Source: an uncultured Gammaproteobacteria bacterium
GTDB taxonomy: Bacteria; Patescibacteriota; Microgenomatia; UBA10105; UBA927
Assembly (NCBI GenBank): GCA_964621305.1
Contig: CAZUOM010000001.1
Span: 165,448-229,447 of the forward strand
DNA: 64,000 bases
Direction of reading: 5' to 3'
The notes below the pieces were generated by a model. That model had not been told where the DNA came from, searched no databases, and worked only from the letters and a program-made list of their open reading frames with translations. A program made the position numbers and the translations under genes. Shown in pieces: positions 60,619 through 64,000 of this stretch (position 1 is the stretch's first letter; every line of letters starts with the position of its first letter).

Positions 60619-61419
60619 ATGAAATGGCCCGAGACCCTCACTCTCATCCGACACGACACGTCTATGTATAATCGTCTAAAAGAACAAAAGGCAGACGACC
60701 CCGGCTATCGCGCATTTCGGAAGGCCTATGATCGCAATCCAGAATCCGGAGAGACTCGGCGCCTAGCGACAGAGGTGGTCGACCGCTTTGCTCTTTTAGT
60801 CGGAGATCACGATACTCCGCTCGCGCCCGATGCCGGCGGGCAGCAGGCAATAACTGTTGGAAGTCGACTCAAAAACCTCATTGCCCTGCCCGACGTGATA
60901 TTTGTTTCGCCGTATACTCGTACTAGACAAACACTAGAAAAACTGATCGAAGGCTGGCCTGACCTGCGCGACGTCAAGGTGATTGAGGACGAACGCATTC
61001 GCGAACAAGATCATGGGATAGCACTCCTTTATAGTGATTGGCGTGTGTTTAACGTGTTCCATCCCGAACAAAAGAAGCTCCGGGATCTTCAGAGTCCCTA
61101 CTGGTACCGCTACCCCCAGGGAGAAAATGTTCCTGACCTCCGTGACCGGCTCAGGTCTTTGGCCTCGACACTCACCCGAGACTACCAAAAAAAACAGGTG
61201 GCGATGATAACTCACCACCTGGCTATCCTTGCCTGGCGGGCTAATCAAGAACGATTGAGCGCTTCAGAGTTTACTCGTCTGGACCAGGAGGAAAAGCCCA
61301 TCAACTGTGGGGTCACCATCTACCGGGGCAAAGAAGAATTGGGCACCGACGGTAAGCTCGTATTAGAAGCGTATAATTTGAAGTTATACACTACGACAGA
61401 AGAAACGGAACAAGAATGA
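60619..61419 (+). CDS. Histidine phosphatase family protein
   Basis: LIRHD, SPYTRTRQT, RIREQDHG, GENV, ITHH; TGCTATACT before ATG 60619. Confidence 0.9.
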   Translation: MKWPETLTLIRHDTSMYNRLKEQKADDPGYRAFRKAYDRNPESGETRRLATEVVDRFALLVGDHDTPLAPDAGGQQAITVGSRLKNLIALPDVIFVSPYTRTRQTLEKLIEGWPDLRDVKVIEDERIREQDHGIALLYSDWRVFNVFHPEQKKLRDLQSPYWYRYPQGENVPDLRDRLRSLASTLTRDYQKKQVAMITHHLAILAWRANQERLSASEFTRLDQEEKPINCGVTIYRGKEELGTDGKLVLEAYNLKLYTTTEETEQE

Positions 61420-61453
61420 GAGGAAAGTTCACTTGTGCATCAGAACAAAGAAG

Positions 61454-62077
61454 TTATCCCCTTTTTGCTCCCTCTAAAGCTTCAAGTAGTCCGTTGGTGG
61501 TTTCTACCCGATCGAGTTCGTAACTATGTGAAGACCTGTCCGTATACATGCCACCGCCCGATGAACTCTGGTTTGACCAACCTGAGTAATATTTGGCGAG
61601 TACAACCGCCGGTTTTGTCCTATCGGCAAAGGATAAGTTAACAACAACTTTACCGCGATATTCATTGTGTTCGTGCATCAAGTATCCTGCTGATCGTGAC
61701 TCTTCAGTTTCATCAAATTCAAGATTGGCATTTTTGGGGAGGCGAGGCTTGAGGATAAGAGTTATTTCTTGACCTATTTCAGACGCAGTTCCAAAAATAT
61801 ATTTTTTACGCCTCGCATCTTCTTCGGCTTCCGCTCGGCGTTTAGCCTCATCACCCTCTCGTTGTATTCTCTGTTTGAGCTCTTCAAGTGTCGTGAGCTC
61901 GTCAAGCGGGAATTCTCTCCCACTGAATGCAACAACTCTAAAGCCATCTAGAACTAAAGCGTCCTTATTGTCAACAATTAAATGCCAAAAGGACTCGGGG
62001 GGGGCAGCCTGGGCTCCCAAATGTAATTCAGCCCTCGTAGAATCTTTTATATCCACGCGGAAACCTATCTTGTACAA
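61454..62077 (-). CDS. Hypothetical protein; true start probably ATG 62172 with a 1 bp frameshift
   Basis: 207 aa ORF; frame open further upstream and joins ATG 62172 if one A is added to a homopolymer. Confidence 0.55.
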   Translation of the reverse strand: MYKIGFRVDIKDSTRAELHLGAQAAPPESFWHLIVDNKDALVLDGFRVVAFSGREFPLDELTTLEELKQRIQREGDEAKRRAEAEEDARRKKYIFGTASEIGQEITLILKPRLPKNANLEFDETEESRSAGYLMHEHNEYRGKVVVNLSFADRTKPAVVLAKYYSGWSNQSSSGGGMYTDRSSHSYELDRVETTNGLLEALEGAKRG

Positions 62078-62244
62078 GTCCTGGTCTAAATCAGTAGGGT
62101 CATAATCAACTCTGGTTACTTTTCTGGCCCTAGGCGCTCGGCCAATAGTAAATTCGCTTTTCCATCGCTCATGTGATTTCTAATATACCATCAAAACGGA
62201 ACGTTTTCAACACATTTCTTCTTCCATGCTATACTCCTATTAAT

Positions 62245-62619
62245 ATGAGCCCGCAGGACCTCATCAATTTTCTTGATCACACTCTATGGTTCAAAAATCA
62301 ATTCTAAATGCCTCACCAAAAACACTGCTCAAACGGTATAGGTAAGTCTTAAAAAACTTACCAGCGATGTTGACTCGATGATCGAACCACACCCGTATAA
62401 TCCGCGTGACCTTGCCAATCCATATGATCCTTTGGCGTTTGAAATTACGAGCTAGGGCAAAATAATACGGTAATTGGGTATTAAATGTGTACAAAAAGTG
62501 CCTTACTTAGCGAGGTGGTTTAATATTTCTCCACCGAATACGCGCAGACTACTGACGTCCTTTCAATTGCGGCAAGGTGGTTATACAAGACATCCAATAA
62601 GATCGCTGTCAACTGTCAT
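62245..62619. pseudogene. Remnants of nucleotidyltransferase/HEPN-type module genes
   Basis: Plus-strand fragments MVQKSILNASPKTLLKRYR* and DSMIEPHPYNPRDLANPYDPLAFEITS*G; minus-strand 12-codon stub coupled by ATGA to the MNT gene. Confidence 0.45.
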
Positions 62620-63038
62620 AGTGCTGAAAATCGCCTAACGAGGGCTGAATCGTAAATACTGCGCATATACGCTGTGTCGTAATAATTGCACATGGCAAAA
62701 GATTCAAAAGCCAGAACTTCTTTCTCTGTGCGGAGATAGACCCGGTCCCCGCTTTTGATAATCTGAAAAAGAAACAGAGGCGAGGAACCGGTGTCTACAA
62801 CGCTCAAATCCAGATTTAGCGGGAAGCTGATGGGTTGCAGTGTTTTGTATATCCGCTCTTCATCTCTCGGTTTTTTCCGATCGACCACAACTGCAAGATC
62901 AAAATCGCTGTCACCACGCTCCCTACCAGACGCAACAGAACCGATGATGTATGCGGCAATCGCCTCGGGGATATGAGAAAGAGCATCAACAATTTTCCCG
63001 CGCAGTTTTTCGCTGACAATGCATAAACCATTCTTCAT
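62616..63038 (-). CDS. Minimal nucleotidyltransferase (MntA-like antitoxin)
   Basis: AYIIGSVASG...DSDFDLAVV...LDLSVV...PLFLFQIIKSG. Confidence 0.88.
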   Translation of the reverse strand: MKNGLCIVSEKLRGKIVDALSHIPEAIAAYIIGSVASGRERGDSDFDLAVVVDRKKPRDEERIYKTLQPISFPLNLDLSVVDTGSSPLFLFQIIKSGDRVYLRTEKEVLAFESFAMCNYYDTAYMRSIYDSALVRRFSAL

Positions 63039-63280
63039 GATAGCCTCAGTATACCATCACACCCAAAATCTGAAAAGACAACAATGGTCATTTGGTAAAA
63101 AGTGGGAAAAGTTAATAACTGAAGGAAATAAGAGGATTATTAATGAAGAAAAAACATACTCGGGAGGTCCATCATCATAAATCAGAAACAGGAACCACGC
63201 ATATTTGTGGCCGTTTCTTTTCTACAACAATGGACCCCCCGTCGCGCTAGATACAAAACCGATCCCAATTCCATGCGCGA

Positions 63281-64000
63281 TTATGGATTTGCAAAGCCGC
63301 CGCCAGCGACCTTGCTAAACGACGCGGCGTTTTTCGATGCGCTGCTGGCGCTGCTGGAGAACAACTGGAACGCTTGGCGAATTTCTTTTTCGGTGTTCCC
63401 CGGTGTCAAAATCCAGTTCTCGTCGAGCCCCATTTCCGCGAAGACTTCATTGAAGTTGGTTCGGGAGAATGGCTGGCCACAATTCGGGCAATTCGTCACA
63501 CCGATTGGCGACCCAACGAGATTTGTAGCACAACGTTCACATTTCTTCGGTATATCATCAATCCCCAATCCCGCGATGATATTCTGCTCGGTGGCAAGCA
63601 TATCGCGAACGATCGGACGCACGTCAGATGCCGATCGCCTGGATCCCTCATCATGCCCATCACTCACCGTCAGATTGACTGATCGTACCGTGATGCCGTA
63701 ATCGCGCAGCTCCTTCGTCTTGGCAAGCACGGTTGCGTAGAATACAATACTTTCGTCATAAAGCGGGGTGCCGCCGGAGGGATTGTAGTTATGCGTATCA
63801 AGACGCGGCGCTTGCTCAATCGGCACATACTCACAGATGAGCAACCCGTTAAGCGTGCGCATGAAGACGAGAATCTCGTCGCGTGCTTTTGCTTTCTGCA
63901 CCGCATCAAGACCCAGATTGTTAGTACAATCCCGAAGAATTTGTGAGTTCCCGCACATGCGAATTGAGGTCGAGTCGTCAATCAAAATGTTGAGAAGTAC
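63281..64000 (-). CDS. vWA-domain protein with inserted zinc ribbon, 5' end outside the window
   Basis: LIDDSTSI (MIDAS DxSxS), GGTPLYD, SDGHD; CERC...CPNC insert. Confidence 0.8.
   Translation of the reverse strand, partial: VLLNILIDDSTSIRMCGNSQILRDCTNNLGLDAVQKAKARDEILVFMRTLNGLLICEYVPIEQAPRLDTHNYNPSGGTPLYDESIVFYATVLAKTKELRDYGITVRSVNLTVSDGHDEGSRRSASDVRPIVRDMLATEQNIIAGLGIDDIPKKCERCATNLVGSPIGVTNCPNCGQPFSRTNFNEVFAEMGLDENWILTPGNTEKEIRQAFQLFSSSASSASKNAASFSKVAGGGFANP

Overview
A 64 kb window that looks like a Patescibacteria (CPR) chromosome, probably Microgenomates-like. This is an inference from the many leaderless genes, non-canonical tRNA T-loops, ORFan content and four-helix-bundle repeat elements. 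1-12 kb: a fragmented translation-gene neighbourhood (rpmB, tRNA-Thr/Tyr/Thr, rpmG, tRNA-Trp) interleaved with accessory genes. It contains a promoter-driven ~170 nt structured RNA, a tRNA-Thr(TGT) split in its anticodon by an insert that holds a second intact tRNA-Thr(TGT), and a full and an empty copy of a repeat-flanked four-helix-bundle element. 12-38 kb: one 8,748 aa gene encoding a membrane anchor, Pro/Cys-rich stalk, hydrophobic hairpins, SecA-like ATPase, intein, three beta-propeller-like repeats, GHKL ATPase, HExxH zincin and C-terminal lytic transglycosylase. Its 542 aa intein carries an NYN/LabA nuclease in frame and an antisense two-gene unit with its own promoter, without breaking the host frame. 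38-47 kb: small membrane and zinc-ribbon genes plus a Preiss-Handler NAD operon (nadD interrupted by TGA, nadE, pncB). 47-60 kb: an IS remnant and an 11-gene de novo purine operon with two archaeal-type PurP paralogues and no purH/purO. 60-64 kb: histidine phosphatase, nucleotidyltransferase gene and remnants, and a partial vWA gene. All calls are from reading motifs by eye; no searches were run.
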